64,000 nucleotides of DNA. It comes from an uncultured candidatus Brocadiaceae bacterium (GTDB taxonomy: Bacteria > Planctomycetota > UBA1135 > UBA2386). This document shows, in pieces, positions 45,155 through 53,941 of this stretch. The notes under the pieces are model-generated. The model was not told the DNA's origin, did no database searches, and was given only the letters and a program-made list of their open reading frames with translations. Every line of letters begins with the position of its first letter. The first letter of the stretch is position 1. The stretch is from positions 58,141 to 122,140 of the forward strand of contig CAYYAQ010000001.1 of the NCBI GenBank assembly GCA_964469555.1, read 5' to 3'. The translations under genes were made by a program, and so were the position numbers.

Positions 45155-47239
45155 ATGAAGAATCTTGGGCGGTGGATCGGCGTCGCATGCATGGTCGCTG
45201 TTCCGGCAGCGGCGATTTTCTACCTGTACAGCAAGCCCGAAGCCGGTGGGGGACGGGAGGTCGAGGAGGGGCCACCCTACGTGCCGCCACCGCTGTACTC
45301 CGGACCGCCGGAAGAGGGGTTGTCGTTCGCATCGCAGGCTGACCCGAAGAAAACGGACGCGCGGAGTTTCGCGCACCTCGCCTTGTACGTTCCCGAAGGG
45401 GAACGCGCTTCGAGCTTCCTGCCGGAGGGAGCCTTCACCGCGACATTCAAGGGCAAGCTGAAGGTCCCGACTCGCGACCGCTACACCTTCACGTTCGTCG
45501 GAACGGGAAAGTTCGAATTGGTCGTTCACGAAAAGACCGACAAGACCGTGGTCACGGCGGACGGTTCTGCCGAGCACGCGTCGGGCAAGCGGACGCGGCT
45601 GAAGAAGGGAGAGCGTCCGTTCACGGCCCGCTACACGAGTCCCGCGAAGGGGCCCGCGATCCTTCGTGTGTACTGGGAGTGCAGCGAGTTTGCCCGCGAG
45701 CCGATCCCGCAGAGTGCCCTGGGCCACGGCGCGTCCGAGTCGCTCGCTCAGTTCAGCCGGTGGCGATCGGGTCGGCGCGAGCTGTACTGGCAGCGATGCG
45801 GGCAGTGCCACGCAGAGGAGACCCGGGGGCCCGTCGCTCCGTCCCTCGGTGGTGTCGGTGCGCGGTTGCGCGAGGACTGGATGGCGCAGTGGATCGAAGA
45901 TCCCGACACGACGCGCATGCCGAAAGTGCTCCACGGCTCCTCCGCGAGCACGGACGCCGCTGACATCGCGGCGTTCCTCGCGACGCAGGGCAAGGCATCG
46001 ACCGCGCCCCAGTTCACCGACGACGACCGCGAGCGCGGTGGCGTGATCTTCGCGGACTCCGGATGCATCGCGTGCCACACGCTTCCAGAGCACCATGACG
46101 AGGCAACGGTGGCGAACCGCGTCAAACTCGACATCGTCGCCGCGAAGTTCCATCCCGCGGCACTCGTCGACTATCTGCGACAACCCGACCGTCACAGCCC
46201 TCGCGGTGAGATGCCGAATTTCGGTTTCGATGAACCCACCGCGCAGGCCCTGGCGGCGTTCTTGCTATCGCGGTCGGGGGCGAGCGCGCCGCCATCGGTC
46301 TCCGGTGACGCGGCGCGCGGCAAAAGGCTGATCGCGACCAAGGGTTGTGTGTCCTGTCATGGCATCGCGGTGCAAAACGAGATGCGTGCACCGGGGCCAG
46401 CCGTGACGAAGAACGGTTCGATTTCGTGTCGGGTCGCCGAGTACGGCCTGTCCGCCGAAGACGAGGCGGCGCTTCAGGAGTATCTGGCGCGGCGGCCCGG
46501 TGGTTCATCGATCGCCGTTGAGACCGCCGAGTACGGAATGCAGAGGGGCCGGTGCACGAACTGCCACGGTTGGCGCGGCGAGGAGCCACTGCTCGGACGC
46601 GTGCGCGGCGAGACGGCGGCCTTCGCGGAGGAAGATCCCGAGGCGGGCGTGCAGCACCTGCCCCCGGACCTCACCTACACGGGGAGCAAGCTGCGGACGG
46701 AGTGGCTCGTCCGGTGGCTGAAGGGAGAGGCCAAGGACCGCCCGCGTCCGTGGATGCACATGCGCATGCCGGTGTTCAGCTTGGATCCAGAGGCGTTCGC
46801 GCGGGGCTTCGCGTTTGCCGCGGGCTACGGCCCGTCGAGCGCGAAGCCACACTGGCGCGACGGCACCGCGCTCGTCGCCGCGACGATGGGGACGGACTTC
46901 GACGCCGAACCGGCGAGCGTGGCCGACCTCGTGAAGATCGGCGAGAAGCTGATCCCCCGCGACGGCGGCCTCGGCTGCATCCAGTGTCATGGAGTGGGGG
47001 ACCGTCCCGCCCAGGAGGTCTTCGAGGCTCCGGGCATTAACCTGCAGCAGACCCCCTCGAGGATCCGGAAGGAGTTCTTCCACCGTTGGTGTCTCGACCC
47101 GCTGCGCATCGACCCCTCGACCAAGATGACCCGGTTCACCGACGCGGAAGGCCTGACCGGTCTGACCGACGTCCTCGAGGGCCGCGGCCAAGCCCAGTTC
47201 GAGGCCATATGGCGCTACCTCGAGTTCCTCCCGCGCTAG
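45155..47239 (+). CDS. multihaem c-type cytochrome (five CxxCH motifs)
   Basis: 694 aa with an N-terminal TM/signal. Haem motifs: CGQCH, CIACH, CVSCH, CTNCH, CIQCH. Confidence 0.8.
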   Translation: MKNLGRWIGVACMVAVPAAAIFYLYSKPEAGGGREVEEGPPYVPPPLYSGPPEEGLSFASQADPKKTDARSFAHLALYVPEGERASSFLPEGAFTATFKGKLKVPTRDRYTFTFVGTGKFELVVHEKTDKTVVTADGSAEHASGKRTRLKKGERPFTARYTSPAKGPAILRVYWECSEFAREPIPQSALGHGASESLAQFSRWRSGRRELYWQRCGQCHAEETRGPVAPSLGGVGARLREDWMAQWIEDPDTTRMPKVLHGSSASTDAADIAAFLATQGKASTAPQFTDDDRERGGVIFADSGCIACHTLPEHHDEATVANRVKLDIVAAKFHPAALVDYLRQPDRHSPRGEMPNFGFDEPTAQALAAFLLSRSGASAPPSVSGDAARGKRLIATKGCVSCHGIAVQNEMRAPGPAVTKNGSISCRVAEYGLSAEDEAALQEYLARRPGGSSIAVETAEYGMQRGRCTNCHGWRGEEPLLGRVRGETAAFAEEDPEAGVQHLPPDLTYTGSKLRTEWLVRWLKGEAKDRPRPWMHMRMPVFSLDPEAFARGFAFAAGYGPSSAKPHWRDGTALVAATMGTDFDAEPASVADLVKIGEKLIPRDGGLGCIQCHGVGDRPAQEVFEAPGINLQQTPSRIRKEFFHRWCLDPLRIDPSTKMTRFTDAEGLTGLTDVLEGRGQAQFEAIWRYLEFLPR

Positions 47240-47557
47240 GCGACTCCTGCGGGGGAAGAGTGCTCGCCGGGAGGATTCCCTACTTCGGATCAGGCGGTCT
47301 CAAGGGGATGACGCTTGACCGTTTACGTTGGTTCGGGCAGATTCTGGAGTTCCGCGCGCCGTCATGAGTCGGTGCGTGATCGGACTGGTTCGTTCCGATC
47401 CGAGTCCCTCGATCCAAGCCGCAGTCTCAACCCTCCCCACCACAAGGCCCGCCGACCCCTTGCGCCGTGCCCGCCCGCGGGTATCACTCTCGCTTCTCCC
47501 CGCGGGACAAGGCCAGTTCTGACGCGTCCCACCCCCAATGTTCCCCTATTTCCAGCG

Positions 47558-48316
47558 ATGATCAAAGTAGACAATCTGGTCAAGACGTTCGGCGCGATCC
47601 GAGCTGTAGACCACATCTCCTTCGAAGTGCAGAAGGGCGAAGTTCTCGGCTTCCTCGGTCCCAACGGCGCGGGCAAGTCCACGACGATGAAGATGCTCAC
47701 GTGCTTCCTGCGACCGGACAGCGGGACCGCCGTCATGGGTGGGTCCGACATCCTTGAGGACCCTCTCGGCGTGTGCAGCAAGATCGGCTACGTGCCGGAG
47801 AACTCGCCGCTCTACGAGGAGATGTCCGTCGAGTCGTTCCTCAAGTTCATGTGTGACGTGCGCGGCATCCGCGGGCCCGCGCGCGCAGCCGCGATCGATC
47901 GTGTGTGCGAGATGTGCGCCATCACCAACGTCTACCACCAGGTCATCGGCACCCTGTCGAAGGGTTACTGTCGCCGCGTCGGTCTGGCCCAGGCCTTCCT
48001 GCACGACCCGGACATCCTGGTCCTCGATGAGCCCACGGATGGCCTGGACCCGAACCAGAAGCATGACGTGCGGGACCTGATCAACACCATGGCGAAGGAC
48101 AAGTGCATCATCATCTCCACGCACATCCTCGAAGAGGTCGATGCCGTCTGCTCGCGAGCCATCATTATCGATCGCGGCAAGGTCCTGGCTGACGGCACTC
48201 CCAGCGAACTCGCGAGTCAGGGCGGCGGCAAGCTCGAGGACTTCTTCCGCCAGATCACGACGACCGACAGGGTGCTTGCCGGCGAATCTGCGAGCACCGA
48301 GGAGGTGGTCGCATGA
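47558..48316 (+). CDS. ABC transporter ATP-binding protein (GldA-like)
   Basis: 252 aa from ATG 47558 (MIKVDNLVKTF). Walker A is GPNGAGKST, the signature is LSKGYCRRV, and Walker B is LVLDEPT. Confidence 0.9.
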   Translation: MIKVDNLVKTFGAIRAVDHISFEVQKGEVLGFLGPNGAGKSTTMKMLTCFLRPDSGTAVMGGSDILEDPLGVCSKIGYVPENSPLYEEMSVESFLKFMCDVRGIRGPARAAAIDRVCEMCAITNVYHQVIGTLSKGYCRRVGLAQAFLHDPDILVLDEPTDGLDPNQKHDVRDLINTMAKDKCIIISTHILEEVDAVCSRAIIIDRGKVLADGTPSELASQGGGKLEDFFRQITTTDRVLAGESASTEEVVA

Positions 48317-49032
48317 ACGCCTTCATCGCTGTTTTCAAGCGCGAACTGAGGAGCTACTTCGGCACTCCTCTCGCCTACGTCTTCCTGGCGCTGTTCCTGA
48401 TGGTCAGCGCGGGTTGGATGTTCATGTCCGACTTCTTCCTGCAGGGCGAAGCGAGCATGGGCATCTTCTTCGCCAAGCTGCCGTGGCTGTTCGCGTTCTT
48501 CGCCCCGCTCATCTCGATGGGGACGTGGGCCGAGGAGCGACGCACAGGCAGCATCGAGATGCTGTTGACGCTGCCGCTCACGACCGGTCAGGCCGTGCTC
48601 GGCAAGTTCTTCGCCGGATGGGCGTTCATGATCATCGCATTGGTCCTGACGCTGCCGATCCTCTTCACTATCGCGTATCTCGGCGACCCTGAGATCGGCC
48701 CGGTCTTCACCGGCTACCTGGGCGCCTGCCTGCTGGCCGGCGCTTGCCTGGCCGTGAGCAGTTTCTTCTCGGTGATCACGAAGAGCCAGGTCATCAGCTG
48801 CGTGCTGGCGGTCATCGCCTGCGTTCTGTTCATCTTGATCGGCAACCCGTCGATCCAACCCATGCTTCCGGACGCGATCTCCAATCTCTTCACGTCACTG
48901 AGCTTCGCTACCCATTTCGACGTGATGCAGCGGGGCATCATCGAAGTCCAGAACCTCGTGTTCATGGCTGTGATTACCGTCGGATTCGTCCTTGCCTCGA
49001 TCGTCATGCTCGACGACCGGAAAGCCGCATAG
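48313..49032 (+). CDS. ABC-2 type permease (GldF-like)
   Basis: 239 aa with six hydrophobic segments. ATGA overlap with the ATPase stop. Confidence 0.85.
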   Translation: MNAFIAVFKRELRSYFGTPLAYVFLALFLMVSAGWMFMSDFFLQGEASMGIFFAKLPWLFAFFAPLISMGTWAEERRTGSIEMLLTLPLTTGQAVLGKFFAGWAFMIIALVLTLPILFTIAYLGDPEIGPVFTGYLGACLLAGACLAVSSFFSVITKSQVISCVLAVIACVLFILIGNPSIQPMLPDAISNLFTSLSFATHFDVMQRGIIEVQNLVFMAVITVGFVLASIVMLDDRKAA

Positions 49033-49043
49033 GAGAACAAACC

Positions 49044-51068
49044 ATGACGAGCACAATGCGATCCATTCTCGGTTCCATCGGGATCCTCCTCAGCACGCTG
49101 TCGCTGGCGTTTATCCTCAGTCACTACTCCAGCAAGATGGGCTGGATCGATCTGACGGAGAACGACCGCTACACGCTGACGGCGGGTACGAAGAACATCC
49201 TGAAGAAGATTCGTCGGCCCCTCAAGGCCAGGCTCTTCTACTCCCAAACAGCGATCGACAGCATCGGTACCGATCAGCTCAAGCAGTTCAACCGCGCGCA
49301 CGTCTACGCGCGAGACTTGCTCGAAGCGTTCGAGCGCGAGAGCGAGGGCAAGCTGTCTTTCGAGGAACTCGACCCGAAGACGTACTCCGACGCTGCGGAA
49401 GAAGCCGCGGCGCTCGGCATCCGCATCGAGCGGCTTACGGACAGTCTGACGTTCGCGTTCGGTCTCGCCATCACTTCGGATACCGGCGCCAAGGAGATCA
49501 TCCCTTTCATCAACGCGAGGGAGGAGGGCCTGTTCGAGTACAAGATCACCAAGCTCGTCGAGCGTGCATCGCGACCCACGAAGAAGAAGATCGGTGTCCT
49601 GTCGAGCCTTCCCATTCTCGGTGACAACCTGTCACGCGAGATGGCCGCGCTCATGCGGCAGCAGGGGCGCCCGGTGCGGGAGAAGTGGAACTTCGCTCAG
49701 TGGCTCAGCCTGGACTACGAGATCGACGAGATCTCGCCGAGCGCGCTGCGGATCCCCGACGACATCGACTTCCTCCTCGCGATCCATCCGAAGGGATTCT
49801 CGGACGAGATCCTCTACGCCGTCGATCAGTACGTGATGCGCGGTGGCAAGCTCATCGCGTCGGCTGACCCGTTCTGCAACATGGACCAGCCACCGCCGAA
49901 CCCGAGAAACCAGTTCGCATCCTTCTCGCACAAGCGCGACAGTGACTTCAACCGTCTGACGAACGCCTGGGGCGTGAAGATGGAGAAGGCCGCGGCAAAA
50001 GCCGCGGACGACGCGTCCACTTTGATCATGGGCGATCGTGATCTCGCGATCATGCAGGGCGGCGTGCAACACCTGCCTTACGTCATGTTTACGGGCGGCA
50101 AGGACTGCTTCAACAAGGAAGAGGCGGTCACGCAAGCCCTCGATGACGGTGCGCGGGTCCTGATGATCCACGCTGGCATCTTGAGCAAGACGGAGGGTGC
50201 CTCGACGGAGGTCACTTCGCTGATCCAGACGTCAGAGAAGGGCGGCAGGCGGAAGTACACGAACCTGGAGTTCATGAAGTACCGCCAGGACCCCGCCGGC
50301 TTGTGGGCTGCTGGTGATCCGGCGGCGGAAGACGACATGGGCAAGGAAGGGTTCGAGAATGCGAATACCGTCCTCGCCGCCTGTGTCCGAATCTCGGGCA
50401 AGTTCAAGAGCGCGTTTCCTGATGGATTGCCCGGGGACGCTCCGAACGAAGACGATCCCCAAAACGAGACCCGAGACAAGGTCAAGAAGGAACACCTGAG
50501 CGAATCCAAGGAATCGAACAACGTGCTCCTGTTCGCAGACTGCGATTGGTTGAGCAATGACTTCATCGTTGCGCCGGTGAGTTGGTTCGGCAGTCCGATG
50601 TCGAACAAGGCGGTCCTGTTCAACGCCCTGGACTTCCTCGCGGGTTCGAGTGACCTGATCAGCATCCGGTCTCGCGGGTCGGCTCGGCGTGAGTTTGACT
50701 ACGTCATGGATATTCGGCGCCGGGCCGCGGAGAAGACCGCGGACAAGCAGAAAGCGATCCAGAAGGAGATCGACGAGTTCCAGAAGGTCATCACGAACCT
50801 GCAGAACATCGCGACGAAGAAGGATGAGGGGATCCTCAAAGCCGAGGCCATCAAGAGAGAACGTGAGGCCAACCTCAACGTTCTACGAAAGAAGCGCGAA
50901 CTGAACGACGTCAAGCGCGATTCGACGATGGAAGAAGAATCGGTCAAGATGTGGGCCCAGTCGATGAACACGTACGGGTTGCCGGCGCTGGTAGCGCTGA
51001 TCGGACTGATTCTCTGGATCCTGAGAATGTCCAAGCGAACCCGGCAGATGCGGGAGGACATGGCATGA
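49044..51068 (+). CDS. GldG-like ABC-system auxiliary protein
   Basis: 674 aa from ATG 49044, with AGGAGAA 6 nt upstream. N- and C-terminal TM anchors flank a large extracytoplasmic domain. Confidence 0.7.
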   Translation: MTSTMRSILGSIGILLSTLSLAFILSHYSSKMGWIDLTENDRYTLTAGTKNILKKIRRPLKARLFYSQTAIDSIGTDQLKQFNRAHVYARDLLEAFERESEGKLSFEELDPKTYSDAAEEAAALGIRIERLTDSLTFAFGLAITSDTGAKEIIPFINAREEGLFEYKITKLVERASRPTKKKIGVLSSLPILGDNLSREMAALMRQQGRPVREKWNFAQWLSLDYEIDEISPSALRIPDDIDFLLAIHPKGFSDEILYAVDQYVMRGGKLIASADPFCNMDQPPPNPRNQFASFSHKRDSDFNRLTNAWGVKMEKAAAKAADDASTLIMGDRDLAIMQGGVQHLPYVMFTGGKDCFNKEEAVTQALDDGARVLMIHAGILSKTEGASTEVTSLIQTSEKGGRRKYTNLEFMKYRQDPAGLWAAGDPAAEDDMGKEGFENANTVLAACVRISGKFKSAFPDGLPGDAPNEDDPQNETRDKVKKEHLSESKESNNVLLFADCDWLSNDFIVAPVSWFGSPMSNKAVLFNALDFLAGSSDLISIRSRGSARREFDYVMDIRRRAAEKTADKQKAIQKEIDEFQKVITNLQNIATKKDEGILKAEAIKREREANLNVLRKKRELNDVKRDSTMEEESVKMWAQSMNTYGLPALVALIGLILWILRMSKRTRQMREDMA

Positions 51069-52906
51069 GCAGCAGAGCATTCAATATCGTGGTGGTGGCC
51101 ACCATCGTTTTCGTCATGTGGTCCGTTTGGCTGGCCGCACAGTCCAAGAACGTGGTCATCGAGTTCATTCGAGGTCAGTCGTTGGTCCAAGACATCGACA
51201 CGACCCGCCTGACCAAGATCGAGATCACGAAGGGCGGCAAGCCCCTCGTTCTCCAGAGAGTCGCGAGCGGGTTCCTCGTCAACGACAGCTATCCGGCAGA
51301 CGGTGGTCGGATCAACAATCTGATCCAGCAGTGCACCGGCATCACGTGTGGACGGGAGATCGCCGACAACACGGATGTCCACGAAGAACTCGAGGTCGAC
51401 GGCAAGTCGGAAAACTCCGTGGTCGTCCGCTTCGTCGGCGGAACCGAGGAGATCGTGGGGCTCATCGTCGGCAAGATGGAGGGGAGCGCGAACTACGTGC
51501 GCCTCACCAATAGCGACACGGTCTTCATTTCAGAGAACAGCATCTTCGTGGATACGGATGCGCTGGCATACGTCGACAAGGAACTGATCAGCGTCGTGAA
51601 CACCGAAAAGGTCGAGGTCAGTGGCGGCAAGAAGCCGTACACGATCCTCAAGGCTGGCACGGAGGATGGGGTGCTGCAAGCAGTCCCGGAGGGCATGGCC
51701 GCGAAGAGCATGGAGGTCAGGAATGTCTTCACCTTGACCCACACCATCTCCTTTAGCGAATTCAGTTCCGAATCGACACTCAAGGGCGTCGAGTTCAATC
51801 GCACGTACGCCATAACGACGGAGTCGAAGGAGCAGTACATTTTCACGCTCGGCCAGAAGGGCTCCGACTGGTGGGTCAAGGCGACGGCAAAGTACGTCGG
51901 CCCCGCGACTCTGAGCGTGGGTGAGATCAAGAACGCGGATGCGGAGCAACTCAAGAAGCATGAGGCGCTGCTGCAGGCCGGCGCCAAGGTCAAGAAGTTC
52001 GCCGACAGGCACCGGAGTTGGGTCTACAAGGTCTCCGAGAACAAGGGAAAGGAGTTCACCCGGGAGTTCGATGACCTGATCGAGGAGGACAAGGTGTTCC
52101 TGAGGATCGAAGAAAAGGCGATCGGATCGGTGAGCGTCAAGCGGGCTGACGGGTCCTACACGCTCACCAGCCCGAACGAGGGCGTGTTCAAGATGAAGGA
52201 TCTGCCCAAGGACAAGGAGATGCGACCGTTCCTGCCGAGCGGCATCTACGCAGCCACGACCTCGTTGGCCTGGATCGAGCGAATCGATCCGGAGGAGAAG
52301 CTCGTCAAGGACGTGAAGTACGAGACGAAGTACACAACAGAGCTGAAGGACAAGGCCAGCTTCACCTTCGACATCGGCAAGAAGGAGAACCGCTTCTTCA
52401 CGAAGGTGAACGCCGCGTTCGTCGGTGGGCCAAAGGACAACAGTCCAGAATCAGTCATCGCCGAGGGCGCCGTGGCCAAGTTCAACAAGTTGCACAAGGG
52501 CCACGTTTACGAAATCCCGGTTCCCGGAGCGGTTGACAACATGGTCAAGTCGCTGAAGGATCTGCTGAAGGATGCTTCCGAGGAGTTGAAGGAGATCGCC
52601 GCCTCTCACATTCTCGTGTCGTTCAAGGGCTCGGCGAAGAGCATGTCGGAGCGTTCGAAGGAGGATGCGAAGAAGAAGGCGGATGAACTTCTCGTCAAGG
52701 CCAAGGCGGATCCCGGCAACTTTGCGAAGTTGGCCGAGGAGAATTCCGACGGCCCCTCGAAGGCGAAGGGCGGCGACCTCGGCAAGTTCGACCGGAACAC
52801 GATGGCCCCGCCGTTCACCGTCGCCGCCTTCAAGCTCAAGGTCGGTGAGGTCTCCGACGTCGTCGAGACCGAGTTCGGCTTCCATATCATCCGCCGCACC
52901 CAGTAG
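51065..52906 (+). CDS. DUF4340-like protein fused to a C-terminal PpiC/parvulin peptidyl-prolyl isomerase domain
   Basis: 613 aa from ATG 51065 (ATGA overlap) with an N-terminal TM. The C-terminus SHILVSFKGS...GGDLGKFDRNTMAPPFTVAAFKLKVGEVSDVVETEFGFHIIRR is a parvulin signature. Confidence 0.7.
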   Translation: MSSRAFNIVVVATIVFVMWSVWLAAQSKNVVIEFIRGQSLVQDIDTTRLTKIEITKGGKPLVLQRVASGFLVNDSYPADGGRINNLIQQCTGITCGREIADNTDVHEELEVDGKSENSVVVRFVGGTEEIVGLIVGKMEGSANYVRLTNSDTVFISENSIFVDTDALAYVDKELISVVNTEKVEVSGGKKPYTILKAGTEDGVLQAVPEGMAAKSMEVRNVFTLTHTISFSEFSSESTLKGVEFNRTYAITTESKEQYIFTLGQKGSDWWVKATAKYVGPATLSVGEIKNADAEQLKKHEALLQAGAKVKKFADRHRSWVYKVSENKGKEFTREFDDLIEEDKVFLRIEEKAIGSVSVKRADGSYTLTSPNEGVFKMKDLPKDKEMRPFLPSGIYAATTSLAWIERIDPEEKLVKDVKYETKYTTELKDKASFTFDIGKKENRFFTKVNAAFVGGPKDNSPESVIAEGAVAKFNKLHKGHVYEIPVPGAVDNMVKSLKDLLKDASEELKEIAASHILVSFKGSAKSMSERSKEDAKKKADELLVKAKADPGNFAKLAEENSDGPSKAKGGDLGKFDRNTMAPPFTVAAFKLKVGEVSDVVETEFGFHIIRRTQ

Positions 52907-52922
52907 AACCCTCCGGGATCTT

Positions 52923-52961
52923 CCCCGCGGAAAACTGTCTTCAAAGACACAGGCCGCGGGG
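52923..52961 (+). terminator. strong stem-loop after the ABC/parvulin operon
   Basis: CCCCGCGG...CCGCGGGG 8-bp outer stem with inner TGTCT/AGACA pairing. There is no clear T-tail. Confidence 0.45.
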
Positions 52962-52987
52962 AGGTTGCCGTGGTAATAATCTCCGCG

Positions 52988-53941
52988 ATGCGGATCGTGA
53001 TCGCGACGCCGGTCCAGATCGCGTCGACCCGGGGCAATAGTGTCACGGCGCGGCGTTGGCAGCGGCTGCTCTTCGAGCTGGGGCACGAAGTGCGCGTGCT
53101 GCCGTCGGCGGAAGTGCACGAGGACTGTGACCTGCTCATCGCGCTGCACGCCCGCAAGAGCGCTCGCGTAATCGAGGCGTTCGCGAGGAACTATCCCAAC
53201 CGACGGATCGTGCTCGCGATGACGGGGACGGACCTGTACGGCGACTTGCCCGACGACGCTGACGCGCGGGCTTCCGTTCGGATCGCCGACCAGATCGTCG
53301 TGCTGCAGCCCGCCGGTCTGGCCCGGTTGCCGGAGGAAGCCCGCGGGAAGGCCCACGTCATCCGCCAGTCCCGGCCCACGCGGTCCGCCACGGCGGGGAA
53401 TCGGTCCAGCGACGCATTCTCGGTATGCATCCTTGCCCACCTTCGCGAGGTCAAGGACCCGTTGCTCGCAGCGCGGGCGGTCGTGCTGCTGCCCGCGGAT
53501 TCGAAGGTCCACGTCACCCTCGCCGGAGCCGCGCCGGACTCAGAATGGTCCGACGTCGCCAAGCGCGAGCACGACGCCAACCCACGATTCACCTGGGCCG
53601 GCGAACTCTCCGCGGATGCCGCTGCCGACCTCCTCGCCTCGTCCCATGTCCTCGTCGTCAGTTCGTTGTTCGAGGGCGGCGCCAACGTCGTCACCGAGGC
53701 CATCGTCGCGGGCGTTCCGATCCTCGCGACCGAGATCGATGGCAACATTGGCATGCTCGGCAGCGACTACCAGGGATACTTCCCGGTCGGCGACACGAGA
53801 GCCCTCGCCGCTCTTATGCAGCGTGCGGAGGTCGATGCGGCTTTCCTCGCGGCATTGTCTGCTCAACTCGAGACCGTTCATCCGCTGTTCGAACCGGCCC
53901 GCGAGCGCGAAGCCTGGGCCGAGTTGCTCCTTGAACTCTGA
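52988..53941 (+). CDS. GT-B glycosyltransferase; resembles (from memory) SenB-type selenosugar synthase-like glycosyltransferases
   Basis: 317 aa from ATG 52988. Motifs: MRIVIATPVQIASTRGNSVTARRWQRLL.ELGHEV, DLLIALHARKS, MTGTDLYGDL and a C-terminal EGGANVVTEAI. The family call needs an HMM check. Confidence 0.55.
   Translation: MRIVIATPVQIASTRGNSVTARRWQRLLFELGHEVRVLPSAEVHEDCDLLIALHARKSARVIEAFARNYPNRRIVLAMTGTDLYGDLPDDADARASVRIADQIVVLQPAGLARLPEEARGKAHVIRQSRPTRSATAGNRSSDAFSVCILAHLREVKDPLLAARAVVLLPADSKVHVTLAGAAPDSEWSDVAKREHDANPRFTWAGELSADAAADLLASSHVLVVSSLFEGGANVVTEAIVAGVPILATEIDGNIGMLGSDYQGYFPVGDTRALAALMQRAEVDAAFLAALSAQLETVHPLFEPAREREAWAELLLEL

Noticed and set aside
45143-45157. Stop-codon read-through joining the 971-aa and 694-aa ORFs, which share a frame
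   Set aside because: The stop is TAG. The downstream gene has its own ATG and an N-terminal hydrophobic signal. The shared frame is most simply coincidence.
43484-46195. 903-aa minus-strand ORF
   Set aside because: It is antisense to the dehydrogenase-propeller and cytochrome genes, which carry clear signal peptides and CxxCH motifs. Its composition is low-complexity and Arg-rich.
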